Origin: TPA_inf: Saccharomyces
Lineage: Eukaryota
Length of the DNA: 64,000 bases
Direction: 5' to 3'
Assembly (NCBI GenBank): GCA_000146045.2
Contig: BK006934.2
Span: 96,001 to 160,000 of the forward strand
Shown: positions 37,195-47,995 of the stretch, one piece after another
Position numbering within the stretch: position 1 is the stretch's first letter
Layout of the letters: the number at the start of each line of letters is the position of its first letter
The notes under the pieces: model-generated
Told to the model about the DNA's origin: nothing
The model's input: only the letters and a program-made list of their open reading frames with translations
Databases searched by the model: none
Translations under genes and position numbers: made by a program

Positions 37195-37395
37195 TAAATT
37201 TTGGGTGAATAATTGGATAATTGTTTGAAATCCATTGTTGAAGAAAGGCTATAATATTCGTACACAGAGTATACTAGAAGTTCTTCTCGAGGGTCTTGGA
37301 ATCCACAAAAAGGCGTCGATAAATCTCCATAACTATATTACTTTATCCTATTACATTATCAATTCTTGCTTTTAGCTTCTATTGTATTTGATAAA
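37195..37395 (-). mobile_element. Internally deleted delta LTR fragment, minus orientation
   Basis: GGGTGAATAATTGGATAATTGTTTGAAATCCATTGTTGAAGAAAGGCTATAATATT…ATACTAGAAGTTCTTCTCGAGG…CCTATTACATTATCAAT, which are diverged delta blocks. Confidence 0.6.
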
Positions 37396-37564
37396 ATATT
37401 TCGGCTTCTTTTATGTGTATGCGATTGCGTATTACTAAATATAAATTTATATTTCCTGCGACCATTTGTCCGTCAGAAAAGGCTCTCAAAAAAACAACAC
37501 TACCCTTTTACCGGAAATCACAAACTAAATGTTAAAATAAGAATTTAACATCATCCATTGATTA

Positions 37565-37680
37565 TGAATATTGAGTGAATGATTTAATGATTGTTGCGAT
37601 TTCCTTGTTGGTGAAGGCTATGATATCAGCTATGCAGAATATACTAGTAGTTATCCACCAGAACATAAGAATCCTCAAAA
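37565..37680 (-). mobile_element. Delta LTR 3'-portion fragment, minus orientation, truncated by the adjacent insertion
   Basis: …GAATATACTAGTAGTTATCCACCAGAACATAAGAATCCTCAAAATG is the reverse complement of the U5-proximal half of delta. Confidence 0.55.
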
Positions 37681-38009
37681 TGTAATTAAAAATCCACTAT
37701 CGTCTATCAACCAATAATTATACTATCAATATATTATCATATACGGTGTTAGATGATGAAATAAGTTATGAGAAGCTGTCATCGAAGTTAGAGGAAGCTG
37801 AAGTGCAAGGATTGATAATGTAATAAGATAATGAAACATATAAAACGGAATGAGGAATAATCGTAATATTAGGTTGTAGAAATATAGATTCCATTTTGAG
37901 GATTCCTAAATCCTCGAGGAGAACTTCTAGTATATTGTGTATACCTAATATAATAGCCTTTATCAAAAATGGAATCCCAACAATTATCTCAAAATTCACC
38001 TAATTCTCA
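37681..38009 (+). mobile_element. Near full-length delta LTR, plus orientation, of the same subfamily as 20421-20752 but inverted relative to it
   Basis: The element runs CCACTATCGTCTATCAACCAATAATTATACTATCAATATATTATCATATACGGTGTTAGATGATG … GGAATCCCAACAATTATCTCAAAATTCACCTAATTCTCA. The 77-aa phantom ORF at 37766-37999 (-) differs at 6 of 77 positions from the phantom ORF at 20431-20664 (+). Confidence 0.85.
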
Positions 38010-38029
38010 GAATCTGTATTTCGACATAA

Positions 38030-38210
38030 GGTTATTATGATTATTTCTCCTTCCGTTCTATATTTTTCATTACCCTATTACATTGTCAATCCTTGCATTT
38101 CTGCTTTCATTAGAATTGATGACTGTTTCTCAATGTTTATGCCATCTTCTTACAACTTATTTGACAATAAACTAGTAGCGTGAGTACTAATAAACGGATG
38201 ATATTTTGAA
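38030..38210 (-). mobile_element. Delta LTR 5'-portion fragment, minus orientation
   Basis: …TTCCGTTCTATATTTTTCATTACCCTATTACATTGTCAATCCTTGCATTTCTGCTTTC…ACTAGTAGCGTGAGTACTAATAAACGGATGATA parallels the reverse complement of the U3 half of delta. Confidence 0.5.
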
Positions 38211-38320
38211 GTTTCATAACAACAATCAAAATTTGATGTATTTCATTAAAAATTGATTGATTTTGGGTAATGCAAGGATGACGTATTCGATCATGATTTT
38301 CAGATCGACCAGTAAGTTCC

Positions 38321-38392
38321 GGTCCTATAGTGTAGTGGTTATCACTTTCGGTTTTGATCCGGACAACCCCGGTTCGAATCCGGGTAGGACCT
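38321..38392 (+). tRNA. tQ(UUG): tRNA-Gln (anticodon UUG), 72 nt, followed by a T7 pol III terminator
   Basis: GGTCCTATAGTGTAGTGGTTATCACTTTCGGTTTTGATCCGGACAACCCCGGTTCGAATCCGGGTAGGACCT. The anticodon loop is TTTTGAT and the B box is GGTTCGAATCC. Confidence 0.92.
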
Positions 38393-38553
38393 TTTTTTGC
38401 TAAAATGAACTTGTGTCACAAATTCCGTTCGAAATGGCGGTCCTTTTCCAATAAGTTTTCTTTTTATGGCATTTTTAGCAATTAGAGCTTACTTAACATA
38501 ATGAATTATCCAAGTCAATAAAAGCAGAAATACGAAAAATTCCCTAAAAAAAG

Positions 38554-40533
38554 ATGCCAAACTCTCATGGTAATGTATTGAATAATATCTCTTTAAATAG
38601 CAAGCAAAATCCCAGATCGATTTCTAAAAGTTGCCCAAATGATAAAGATGCAAGGCAGAAAAGCTTCAAAACGATATCAGCCCAAGCACTAGTACGCGTG
38701 CAAGGAGCTGGATATAAGCTCGGTGATGTGAAATTAAAGGATGCTGAAGTCAAAGAAAAGAATAGCCTCAAAAAATACGATTGTAAAAATGCAACTCAAG
38801 AAAAGAAAGAACAAGAGCAAGTATTTGAAAAAACTGTTGCAAAGGGAAGCGTGCAAAAATATATCACGAAAACTTCAAAGACAAATAGTTTGTTTATAGG
38901 AAATCTGAAATCAACTGTCACTGAAGAAATGCTAAGGAAGATATTCAAAAGGTATCAATCTTTTGAATCTGCTAAAGTGTGTCGTGATTTTCTCACCAAA
39001 AAATCATTGGGTTATGGCTATTTGAATTTCAAGGATAAAAACGATGCAGAATCTGCAAGGAAAGAATTTAATTATACGGTTTTTTTTGGTCAAGAAGTTA
39101 AAATAATGCCATCTATGAAAAATACATTATTTAGAAAAAACATCGGAACAAATGTTTTTTTCTCTAACTTACCACTGGAAAATCCCCAACTGACCACAAG
39201 ATCATTTTATCTAATAATGATCGAGTACGGAAATGTACTGTCATGTCTTCTAGAAAGAAGAAAAAACATTGGGTTCGTTTATTTCGATAACGATATTTCT
39301 GCTAGAAATGTAATCAAAAAATACAATAACCAAGAATTTTTTGGAAATAAAATTATATGTGGATTGCATTTTGACAAAGAAGTAAGAACTAGACCTGAAT
39401 TTACAAAAAGAAAAAAAATGATTGGCTCCGACATAGTTATCGAAGACGAACTATTGGCTAGCAATAATTTATCAGATAATGCTCGTTCGAAAACAATATT
39501 AGTCAAAAATTTACCATCTGACACAACACAAGAAGAGGTCTTGGATTACTTCAGCACTATTGGCCCCATAAAATCTGTATTCATCTCTGAAAAGCAGGCG
39601 AACACACCACATAAAGCGTTCGTCACATATAAAAATGAAGAAGAATCTAAAAAGGCACAGAAATGTTTGAATAAAACAATTTTTAAAAACCATACCATTT
39701 GGGTTGGTCCTGGTAAAGATAAGCCTGTTCATAATCAAATTGGAACGAACAAGAAAACAAAGGTTTATCTAAAAAATTTAAGCTTCAATTGCAATAAGGA
39801 GTTTATTTCTCAACTATGTTTACAAGAAAAAATAAGATTCAGTGAAATTAAGATCACAAACTATAACTCATTAAATTGGACATTTTGTGGACATGTTGAG
39901 TGTTTTTCTCGTAGTGATGCTGAGAGATTATTTAATATTTTGGATAGGAGACTAATTGGAAGTAGTTTGGTTGAGGCATCATGGTCAAAGAATAATGATA
40001 ATATACTAAATGAGATAGACTATGACGATGGTAACAACAATGAAAATTATAAGAAATTAATCAACATTAGTTCCATGATGCGTTTCCGCACACAAGAGTT
40101 ATCAGCTCATCAAAAGGGATTAACGTCACAGTTTCAACAAGTAGTTTCCCCATTCTCATCATATTCAAATTCCTACACAAACATGAACTCTCTCGTAGCT
40201 ACGCCGATGAAACCTCATCCAGCATTTAATTTAATTACAAATACTGTTGACGAAAAACTGCATCAGCCTAAGAGAACTAAACAGGAGAATGCAGAAATAC
40301 TTGAGTCCTTAAAAAAAATTATAAACAGAAATTTACAACGTATAAGTATTTCTGGTTTAAATAAAGAAGAAAATCTGCGCAGCATTTCCGAGTTTATTTT
40401 TGACGTATTTTGGGAGCATGACTCAGAAAGGCTATCGCACTTTTTATTAATGACAAATACTTCATTAGAATCACAGAAAATTCTACAAAAACAAGTCACT
40501 AGAGCTGCTGAAAGCCTCGGATTTACAGTTTGA
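38554..40533 (+). CDS. MIP6: MIP6, RNA-binding protein with multiple RRMs, 659 aa
   Basis: Several RRM-like segments (LFIGNLKSTVTEEMLRKIF…, KGYGYLNF RNP-1-like, TILVKNLPSDTTQEEVLDYF…). Confidence 0.8.
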   Translation: MPNSHGNVLNNISLNSKQNPRSISKSCPNDKDARQKSFKTISAQALVRVQGAGYKLGDVKLKDAEVKEKNSLKKYDCKNATQEKKEQEQVFEKTVAKGSVQKYITKTSKTNSLFIGNLKSTVTEEMLRKIFKRYQSFESAKVCRDFLTKKSLGYGYLNFKDKNDAESARKEFNYTVFFGQEVKIMPSMKNTLFRKNIGTNVFFSNLPLENPQLTTRSFYLIMIEYGNVLSCLLERRKNIGFVYFDNDISARNVIKKYNNQEFFGNKIICGLHFDKEVRTRPEFTKRKKMIGSDIVIEDELLASNNLSDNARSKTILVKNLPSDTTQEEVLDYFSTIGPIKSVFISEKQANTPHKAFVTYKNEEESKKAQKCLNKTIFKNHTIWVGPGKDKPVHNQIGTNKKTKVYLKNLSFNCNKEFISQLCLQEKIRFSEIKITNYNSLNWTFCGHVECFSRSDAERLFNILDRRLIGSSLVEASWSKNNDNILNEIDYDDGNNNENYKKLINISSMMRFRTQELSAHQKGLTSQFQQVVSPFSSYSNSYTNMNSLVATPMKPHPAFNLITNTVDEKLHQPKRTKQENAEILESLKKIINRNLQRISISGLNKEENLRSISEFIFDVFWEHDSERLSHFLLMTNTSLESQKILQKQVTRAAESLGFTV

Positions 40534-40880
40534 TTCCTTTTAAAGGAAGAAGGCAGGTTCATCAATATGCAATTTTCGGTACAAAAGTACGTATGTCTAT
40601 AAAAATAGAGTATTGTTTTCTTTGCTATCTTAATCTACCCAGAATTATTCCAAGGAGTTTCAGCCTCGATTTTTTTTTAGTTTAATGGCGTATAGTCCAG
40701 TTTCAAGAAATACTCCACCTACTAAGTGAGTACTTAAGAAGTGGTTCCTCGAAGCTTTCCATTGTGATTATATAACTACAAACATTTCGTAAACATAGCT
40801 GAATAAGGAACCCATCCTCAACTTCATAACTCTAAAAAAAAATTCTATATATAGGAACGAGACATATGGAGGACGATAAT

Positions 40881-42455
40881 TTAAGAAACTCTAACGTAGT
40901 TTGCAGGGAATATTCCTTCTTTTCCGTTAGTCCTGCCTGTCCACCAATCATTTTGAGAATCTGATTTTTTTAAGATAGTAATAACATCACCTTTTTTGAA
41001 AGCCAAGTCGCCTGGTTGTTCTCCAGCAAAATTGTAGAGAGCAACAGCCGTTGGTGTCGCCGAATTTGTAGCAGTGGATTCATTACCTAACCCTGTCTTC
41101 GACATTTTATGTGATAAATCATCGACATTGCTCATATTGCTGGGGTGAGTTGGGCCATGACCAAGGCTATAACCCCTTTCTCTACCATAACCACGCCTAT
41201 TTCCTCGGGTATTATCATAATCCCTACCGGAATGGTTGGGACGGGAGTATTCAGTATCTCTATCATACAAATCATCTTCCCATCGGGTATTCGCACGCGG
41301 CTTAGTACCCCTATCTATCTGTGGGCCTCTATTGCGGCTGCTGTTTCTATTTGGAGATCTTCCGTAATCATAATCTTCATCTTCGCTATCAAAATCTCCA
41401 TACCCGCGACCACGTCCGTAACCATCATCATCATAATCATCATCATAACGACTGCGTGACCCCAGCGACATTCCTCTTCTTCTTGATGATCTTGTGTTTG
41501 GACGTGTTGAGGATTCATCAGTAGAATCAAAGGAATCTGGAATATCGTCGTAATAATGGCTTGTGTTGTCGCTGTATTGACCGTCATCATAAAAATCATC
41601 ACCGCTAGCGTTGTCATCATGGTCGTGGCGTGTAAAGTTGAACGCTCTTGATTCCAAGATACGGAGTAGGGGGTCTGCTGCTGGTGGAACTTTTACTCTA
41701 CCTGACAAAATCATCTTTGATGTACAGTTATCGCCGTAAAACTTTCGATTAGCTTCCCTTCTCTCCAAGATGGCTGAACCTTCCACAGACACACCGGCAA
41801 ATAAACCTTTGCTTTTGGAATAGGCAAAAACTGCCGAGACACCACCTGTGGATGCAGAAGCTGCAGCTTCTGCACTTCTTCCAAGAGGACCTGCGGAAAC
41901 TGACACATTACCACCTAAAGTAATTGTACCAAATTCAGAAAAGGACCTCACTGCCTCTTCCGAATTTAAAATAAAAACAAAATCTGTCAATTCAACGCCG
42001 ACCATACCACCTGCACCAGCACCTGCCATAGCGATAGCAGAGGGAGCCGACCATGTACCGTCTTTTAACCTGGCCACAATCACCCCAGAACCTGCTCTCC
42101 CTGAAAACAAGAAGCCAGCCTTTAAAACCGTGATAATTGCTAGACCTTTAGCTCTTTTTAGCACATATGGTGGAATAACTTGGTCTGCTCCAAATACTTG
42201 ATTTGGTTTAACAAAACTCCTTAGAACTTTCGCGGCCTTCCTGTAGTTAAAACATTCGAAATAAATCAATCATAAAGTTGTTAGTACATTACTTTTGAAA
42301 ACTCATGCCCCATAAGCAATGGACACAGACTAGAGAGCTATCTTGAACATTTTAGCTGCATCCATAAGTTTAGAGGAGGGGCAGCAGGAAGCATATATAT
42401 GAACATACTTGGTCTCGCTTTTCAAGCTTCGAGGAATTGGATTATTGATACCCAT
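40881..42455 (-). CDS. YSC84: YSC84, actin-patch protein with N-terminal Ysc84 homology domain and C-terminal SH3; spliced: exon 1 42409-42455 (47 nt), exon 2 40881-42240; 468 aa
   Basis: Exon 1 encodes MGINNPIPRSLKSETK plus AA of the next codon. GTATGT occupies 42408-42403. The branch point TACTAAC is the complement of 42280-42286, and the CAG acceptor ends at 42241. Exon 2 encodes (K)KAAKVLRSFVKPNQVFGADQVIPP… and ends with the SH3 domain …ALYNFAGEQPGDLAFKKGDVITILKKSDSQNDWWTGRTNGKEGIFPANYVRVS. Confidence 0.88.
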
Positions 42456-42693
42456 TTTTGGATTTTGGATTTGATATTACCACTACTCTTGAAAATTTTA
42501 CTGTGAAGTGTAAGATAGTTTCATGTTATAGATAATGTTAAGAACAGGGTCTAGTTAGGGGGTAGTCAACTTTAATTCCCTTCAGGTCGTTTTCGGTCAG
42601 CGTCGGAACATGTAAAAATGTTGTAGGTGGCATACAAACAGGAAATATAAAACAGACAACAGAAGATATTTGCTCTCAAAAAAACAAATAAAA

Positions 42694-43851
42694 ATGGCTT
42701 GGTCTGGTGGTAAGGATATAGTGGATCAGATATTTGATGCTGGGTATTGGCTCGTCTCGAAAAGCGCTGTCTTGAGCGATGAGATCAAGAACCACGTCGA
42801 AAAATCAATTGAATCCATATCTGGAAAGATATCCAACAAGGAGACTCCTCGACTACAGGAAAACGACAGTAACAGATCTAAAGTATATAAAACTTTGAGG
42901 ATCGGGCTCCAGGATCATTGGAAGCTAGGCTTGGGAATTTCTGCCACCTCCCTGTGCTTATACCTTGGGTATAGGACCTTTTTTAAACTGCCACCTAATT
43001 TACCTGAAGCAGAATCTCAAGTGGTATTAATACTGGGCGATATGAATGATCCTATCATAAGGAATCAAGTGATGGATTTATATCGCAGACGGTTTACAGT
43101 ATATATTTGTACTGAAAATGCAGACGTCTATAAGAAGCACGAAGAAGATCAGGATTTCATATATTACATTGATCCCACCTGCGAAAAAGACTTCGAGGGT
43201 TTTTTTGTTGATGTACCAAGGCTAGCATCCATATTGTTTATGCCAAGGTTATCATATCATCCATCCGGAGTAATTTCATGTGACTCATTGGAATCTGAAA
43301 TTCATTCAAGTATATTTGTGTATTATCAAGCATTATTAAGCATTATACCCCATTTGAAGAGAAAAACCCAACTAATTATGTTCAATCCATCTTTGACTGC
43401 GGACCTGAACTTAGTCCATCATAGTACAGAAATTATAACGTCTGGAATAATCGACTCACTATTTAAAATTTTCAAGGAATATCAAAGGTTAAATGTTTCC
43501 ACAATCAAGCTTGGAATCCTGCAGATTGGGTCACAACCATCGAACTATAAATTTTTGAGAATGGCCGGTTCAGACATTCACGAGGCCCTACATTATCCAG
43601 TTTACAAAATGATAATGAGTGCGAATGGGTATAAACTAAGACAACTGCTAAGTTGGTTAACGACTTTGGGAGGTTACAATAGTGTGTATTATTGCGGCCG
43701 TTTTAGTTATTTAGTCTCATGGCCATTTGCTTCACTTATATTCAACCATCACACACGTCTTTCCCTGAAACGCTTGAGAGGAAGATTAGCCAAGGTATAT
43801 AGCAGCATTATTTCGTTTTTTTGCCGGTCATCTTCTAAATCATCCAAATAA
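42694..43851 (+). CDS. YSC83: YSC83, mitochondrial protein of unknown function, 385 aa
   Basis: ATG at 42694 (MAWSGGKDIVDQIFDAGYWLV…). The track ORF begins at an upstream TTG. It lies divergent from YSC84, as on chromosome VIII. Confidence 0.75.
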   Translation: MAWSGGKDIVDQIFDAGYWLVSKSAVLSDEIKNHVEKSIESISGKISNKETPRLQENDSNRSKVYKTLRIGLQDHWKLGLGISATSLCLYLGYRTFFKLPPNLPEAESQVVLILGDMNDPIIRNQVMDLYRRRFTVYICTENADVYKKHEEDQDFIYYIDPTCEKDFEGFFVDVPRLASILFMPRLSYHPSGVISCDSLESEIHSSIFVYYQALLSIIPHLKRKTQLIMFNPSLTADLNLVHHSTEIITSGIIDSLFKIFKEYQRLNVSTIKLGILQIGSQPSNYKFLRMAGSDIHEALHYPVYKMIMSANGYKLRQLLSWLTTLGGYNSVYYCGRFSYLVSWPFASLIFNHHTRLSLKRLRGRLAKVYSSIISFFCRSSSKSSK

Positions 43852-44010
43852 TATCCTTGATTAGATAACAATTGCTTATCTACGTATATATATACATAGC
43901 ACAATCTCGAAAATATAATACTAATAACAAAATAAGTATTTAAAGAAGGGTTGATGAAGTCCTAGAAGTACCAGACCTGATGAAATTCTTGCGCATAACG
44001 TCGCCATCTG

Positions 44011-45402
44011 CTAATTTAATTGGGATTTCAAATTATCCAATTGCTTCAATACAGCAGATTTAGCGGTTCCACCAGTAGCATCTCGTCTTTCAACGCTTTG
44101 TTCAAAGTTAAAAGTTTCAAAAAGATCTTGTCCGAATCTCGAATCGATCTTTTGATACTGCTCCAAGGTTAATTTATCAATACCGCTTAGACCAAGTCTT
44201 TCAGCAGTAGCGACACACTCACCAGATATGTGATGAGTCTCTCTGAATGGAACACCCTTTCTGACCAAGTAATCTGCCAAGTCGGTAGCTAGCATATCCA
44301 TCGTGAGAGCAGCTTCCATCTTTTCCTTATTTACAGTTAAGGTAGAAATAACACCTGTGGCAATCAGCATGGAGTGCTCTACAGTTGTTAAGCAATCGAA
44401 TAGTGGCTCTTTGTCTTCTTGCATGTCTTTATCATAAGTAGATGGGATACCCTTCAAACTCATCAAGAATCCTGTCAGATCACCAAATACTCTACCGGAT
44501 TTACCTCTTAACAACTCTAACGAGTCTGCATTCTTCTTCTGAGGCATTAAAGAAGAACCTGTTGAATAGGCGTCGCTCAACTGTATGAAACCAAATTCTG
44601 CTGTACAATATATAATCAAATCTTCAGCAAAACGAGAAATATGGTTCATGAACAAAGTTCCCCAAAACATCAACTCCACGATGAAATCTCTATCAGAAAC
44701 AGCAACCAAGGAGTTACCAATTACACTATTGAAACCCAAACCTTCAGCCAAAAATTCTCTATCAATGCCGTAAGGATGACCAGCAAGAGCGCCTGCACCC
44801 AGTGGTGATTGATTCAATCTGTGTAGTATTTGACCCAGTCTCTTGTAATCTTCGGTGAAGTATGTTGCATAAGAGCTCAACCAATGAGACCATCTAATAG
44901 GTTGTGCCCTTTGTAAATGTGTGTAGCCTGGCATTAAGACATCTATCTCACCTTCGGCCCTCTTAATTAGAACTTCAACCAAGCCCTTTAAAGCTGGAAA
45001 GAGGGTGTCATTGACAATGTCACGACAGTATATTCTCAAATCGGTAACAACTTGATCATTACGGGATCTACCGGTGTGGACTTTACCAGCAATATCGCGG
45101 CCAATTAGTTCACCAAGACGTCTTTCATTCGCAGTATGGATATCCTCGTCGTTTGGATGACGGACAAATTTGTCAGCGTCCCATTCTTTTTTGATTTCAG
45201 CCAAACCTTCATGGATCTTTGCCAATTCTGTCTCCGTTAGAAGACCCAACTTCTGCAAGCCCGCTGTGTATACTTTAGTTCCTTCTAAATCTGCCTTATA
45301 CATCTTATAATCATACGGAAGAGACGCATTGTAAAGGTGCATCAAAGGATCGGTTTCACCAGTGAATCTCCCACCCCATAGTTTTTGAGTGCCGTCTGAC
45401 AT
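44011..45402 (-). CDS. ARG4: ARG4, argininosuccinate lyase, 463 aa
   Basis: Fumarate-lyase signature [10 protein letters not shown] and ASL-family sequence throughout. Confidence 0.95.
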
Positions 45403-45574
45403 GTTTGCCTTAGTCTTGTTATATAGTTACCTGCTTTTGAGCTCTTCAATTGCGAATATTCTCCCCTAGCTAAAGAAAGGTAGTCTTATCTCAGAGTTCT
45501 GTGCTTCGCTGACCTTTTATAATCCTTTTTTTTTTTTTTCACATGTTTCAATTTGCGCCAGCTTATCCAAAAAG

Positions 45575-45581
45575 TGAGTCA
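45575..45581. promoter_or_regulatory. GCN4 response element TGAGTCA (the palindromic TGACTCA core), about 175 bp upstream of the ARG4 ATG
   Basis: An exact 7-bp palindromic core in the ARG4 promoter. ARG4 is a classic general-control target. Confidence 0.7.
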
Positions 45582-45893
45582 TTCATCTACTAATCATGAT
45601 TTTCGGGATTCTGCCAATGAGTAACCACCACAAGAACGAACAAATAATCGAAAAAAAAAAACTGTTCTAGGCCAGATATGATGGAGCCTTGGCAGATCAG
45701 GTTATTTGATTGTCGTTAACAGAGGGTTTGGAAGAGTAAAGAAAAATTAATTGCCTGCGCCAACCATTTATTGTTATAACGCTAATTCTTGAATAAATCA
45801 ATGAATAATTAGAGAGAGGGAGGAACGTAAATATTAATCGGTATAAATATTTGTATATATGTGAGCGCTCACGTACTCTTCAGTAACTAAAGA

Positions 45894-47558
45894 TCATGGC
45901 TTACATCTACCGCTGAAACGTGGATACAAGGAACAGTCTCTGACAGTGAATCTGTCACACAACCAGGCTAAAATACGTTCGGTACCGATACCGTAACCAC
46001 CATGTGGGCAAGTACCGTATTTTCTTTGGTCAATGAACCAGTAGTAGGCGTCGGTATCAATACCCTCACGCTTAAACCCTGCCATTAGTTCGTCCATGTC
46101 GTCGATTCTCATAGAACCACCAGTGATTTCACCAACGTTTGGCATCAAAACGTCGACGGATTCAGTGACGCGGGGGTCGTCAGAACAACGCTTCATGTAG
46201 AAAGACTTGATTTCTACTGGGAATCTCGTCAAAAAGATTGGGACGCCGATGGTATCGGTCATCTTTCTTTCAGCAGCTTCTGCAATATCGTCACCAAATT
46301 TAAAGTCTTCGCCCTCTTCGTTCTTGATGTCGTGTTCGTTCAACCAGGTAATGGCATCCTTGTACTGTAATCTCATGAATGGAGCCTTTGGAGCCTTAAA
46401 GTTTGGATTCAATTGTTTTACGAGTGGGCCAGCAATTGGGTCTTCCAAAACGTATTGCACGGATTTGACGATCAAAGTTTCAATATGTTGTAATAGATCG
46501 TCGAAAGTCAAGAAGGCCAATTCAGCTTCGATATGGGTATATTCGGACAAATGTCTTCTTGTGTGGGACTTTTCAGCTCTGAAAGATTCTTGGATGGTAT
46601 AAACATCACCTAGGGAGGCCAAACAGGTTTCTAAATATAATTGGGAACTTTGGGTCAAGTAAGCTTCCTCGCCGTAATAGTTCATCTTGAACAAAGTGGA
46701 ACCACCTTCGACTTGAGTTTGCACCATACATGGTGGGGTAACTTCTGTCAAATGTTCTTCATCATAAACACGTCTAACGCTTTTCAGTAGAGCAGCACGG
46801 ACTTTCATGACTGCAGACAAGGCATCTCCTCTCAAGGCCAAATGACGTTGGTCCAACAGTAAAGAAGGGTCTGAGCCCTCTGCGATTTTGTTTGTAAAGG
46901 AGTCTTCACCACCGGGGGCCAAACCTACAACTTCGTAATAGTCGACATTCAATTCAACACCACCTGGAGCGGTTTTACCCTCAGGCAATTTGACTATGGT
47001 ACCGTACAGAGTAACGGTGGATTCCAAAGTCAGGTCCAAAGTTTGTTGAGCCAATGCCAAATCACCGGACAAGACACATTGAATGAAACCAGATCCGTCT
47101 CTGAGGACGACGAAAATAACCTTCTTGTTAGAACGTAATCTATGGATCCAACCGGAAACCTTAACTCTTTGTCCGACCTTGGAATAAGAGTCATAAATTC
47201 TAGTCTTAATGGCAGCTGGTAGCGATTCGTCCTCCTTAATGGTGATATTCAAAGCAGACAATTGCTTGGCAGCATTTTCTGCCTCTTTTTGTTGTTTCTT
47301 CAACTCCTGTTCCTTTTGCTTGACTGCCTTTTTCTTCAAACCATCACAGCCCTTACGAGCCTTCTTCAAAGCAGAAGCACTGATTTCCTGGTACTCGTTG
47401 TCTTCTGTCTTAAACACGAAAAGCTTAGGTTCCGTGGCATCGCTCTTCTGTTGAGATGCGAACAAAGCATATGCTGGGGTTTTGAATGGATGGTCTTGTG
47501 AACCGGCTGTGGTCAATTCGTCTACACCGGTAGCCTCCTTAATGTACAAAGATGACAT
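45894..47558 (-). CDS. DED81: DED81, cytosolic asparaginyl-tRNA synthetase (class IIb), 554 aa
   Basis: A lysine-rich N-terminal extension, an OB-fold anticodon-binding domain and the class II motif 3 (GGYGIGTERILAWL). Confidence 0.92.
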   Translation of the reverse strand: MSSLYIKEATGVDELTTAGSQDHPFKTPAYALFASQQKSDATEPKLFVFKTEDNEYQEISASALKKARKGCDGLKKKAVKQKEQELKKQQKEAENAAKQLSALNITIKEDESLPAAIKTRIYDSYSKVGQRVKVSGWIHRLRSNKKVIFVVLRDGSGFIQCVLSGDLALAQQTLDLTLESTVTLYGTIVKLPEGKTAPGGVELNVDYYEVVGLAPGGEDSFTNKIAEGSDPSLLLDQRHLALRGDALSAVMKVRAALLKSVRRVYDEEHLTEVTPPCMVQTQVEGGSTLFKMNYYGEEAYLTQSSQLYLETCLASLGDVYTIQESFRAEKSHTRRHLSEYTHIEAELAFLTFDDLLQHIETLIVKSVQYVLEDPIAGPLVKQLNPNFKAPKAPFMRLQYKDAITWLNEHDIKNEEGEDFKFGDDIAEAAERKMTDTIGVPIFLTRFPVEIKSFYMKRCSDDPRVTESVDVLMPNVGEITGGSMRIDDMDELMAGFKREGIDTDAYYWFIDQRKYGTCPHGGYGIGTERILAWLCDRFTVRDCSLYPRFSGRCKP

Positions 47559-47995
47559 GTTTGAAAAAAATGAGGATATAGATTACCTTGCTACTTGCGT
47601 GAGGACCCAGCACCGACTACTACTACGCACAATCTGAGGCCCAAACGTAATTTCTTCTACCTTTTTGATCGTCTTTGATAGCTCGACAGTATGACTGATC
47701 GAACTATCAGGGCATTGATCACCATGCACGATGGAAAATTTTTCACTTTTGCGTCCGATGGGAGGACGCGCCACGGATTTGGTAAAAAATGAAAAATTGG
47801 ATAAGCGATGCTTGAGTCACTGAATGTCTTGGCCCTCGATTGGAAAAAGTATGCTCGTTACTTTTGCTAGATAGTTGCTGGCGGCCTGAAAAGCTTTCCT
47901 ATAAGAGAATATAGAGGTTGGTGTACATCCGTGCTTCGACACATTATATAAAAAACATAACCATAAAGTAAGAGAGTAGAAGAACAAATCAAAAT

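Noticed and set aside
41111-41620. Antisense ORFs inside YSC84 with IIIIIIII, TT and MMMM runs.
   Set aside because: They are complements of the GAT/GAC/TAT-rich acidic linker codons, so the composition is non-protein-like.
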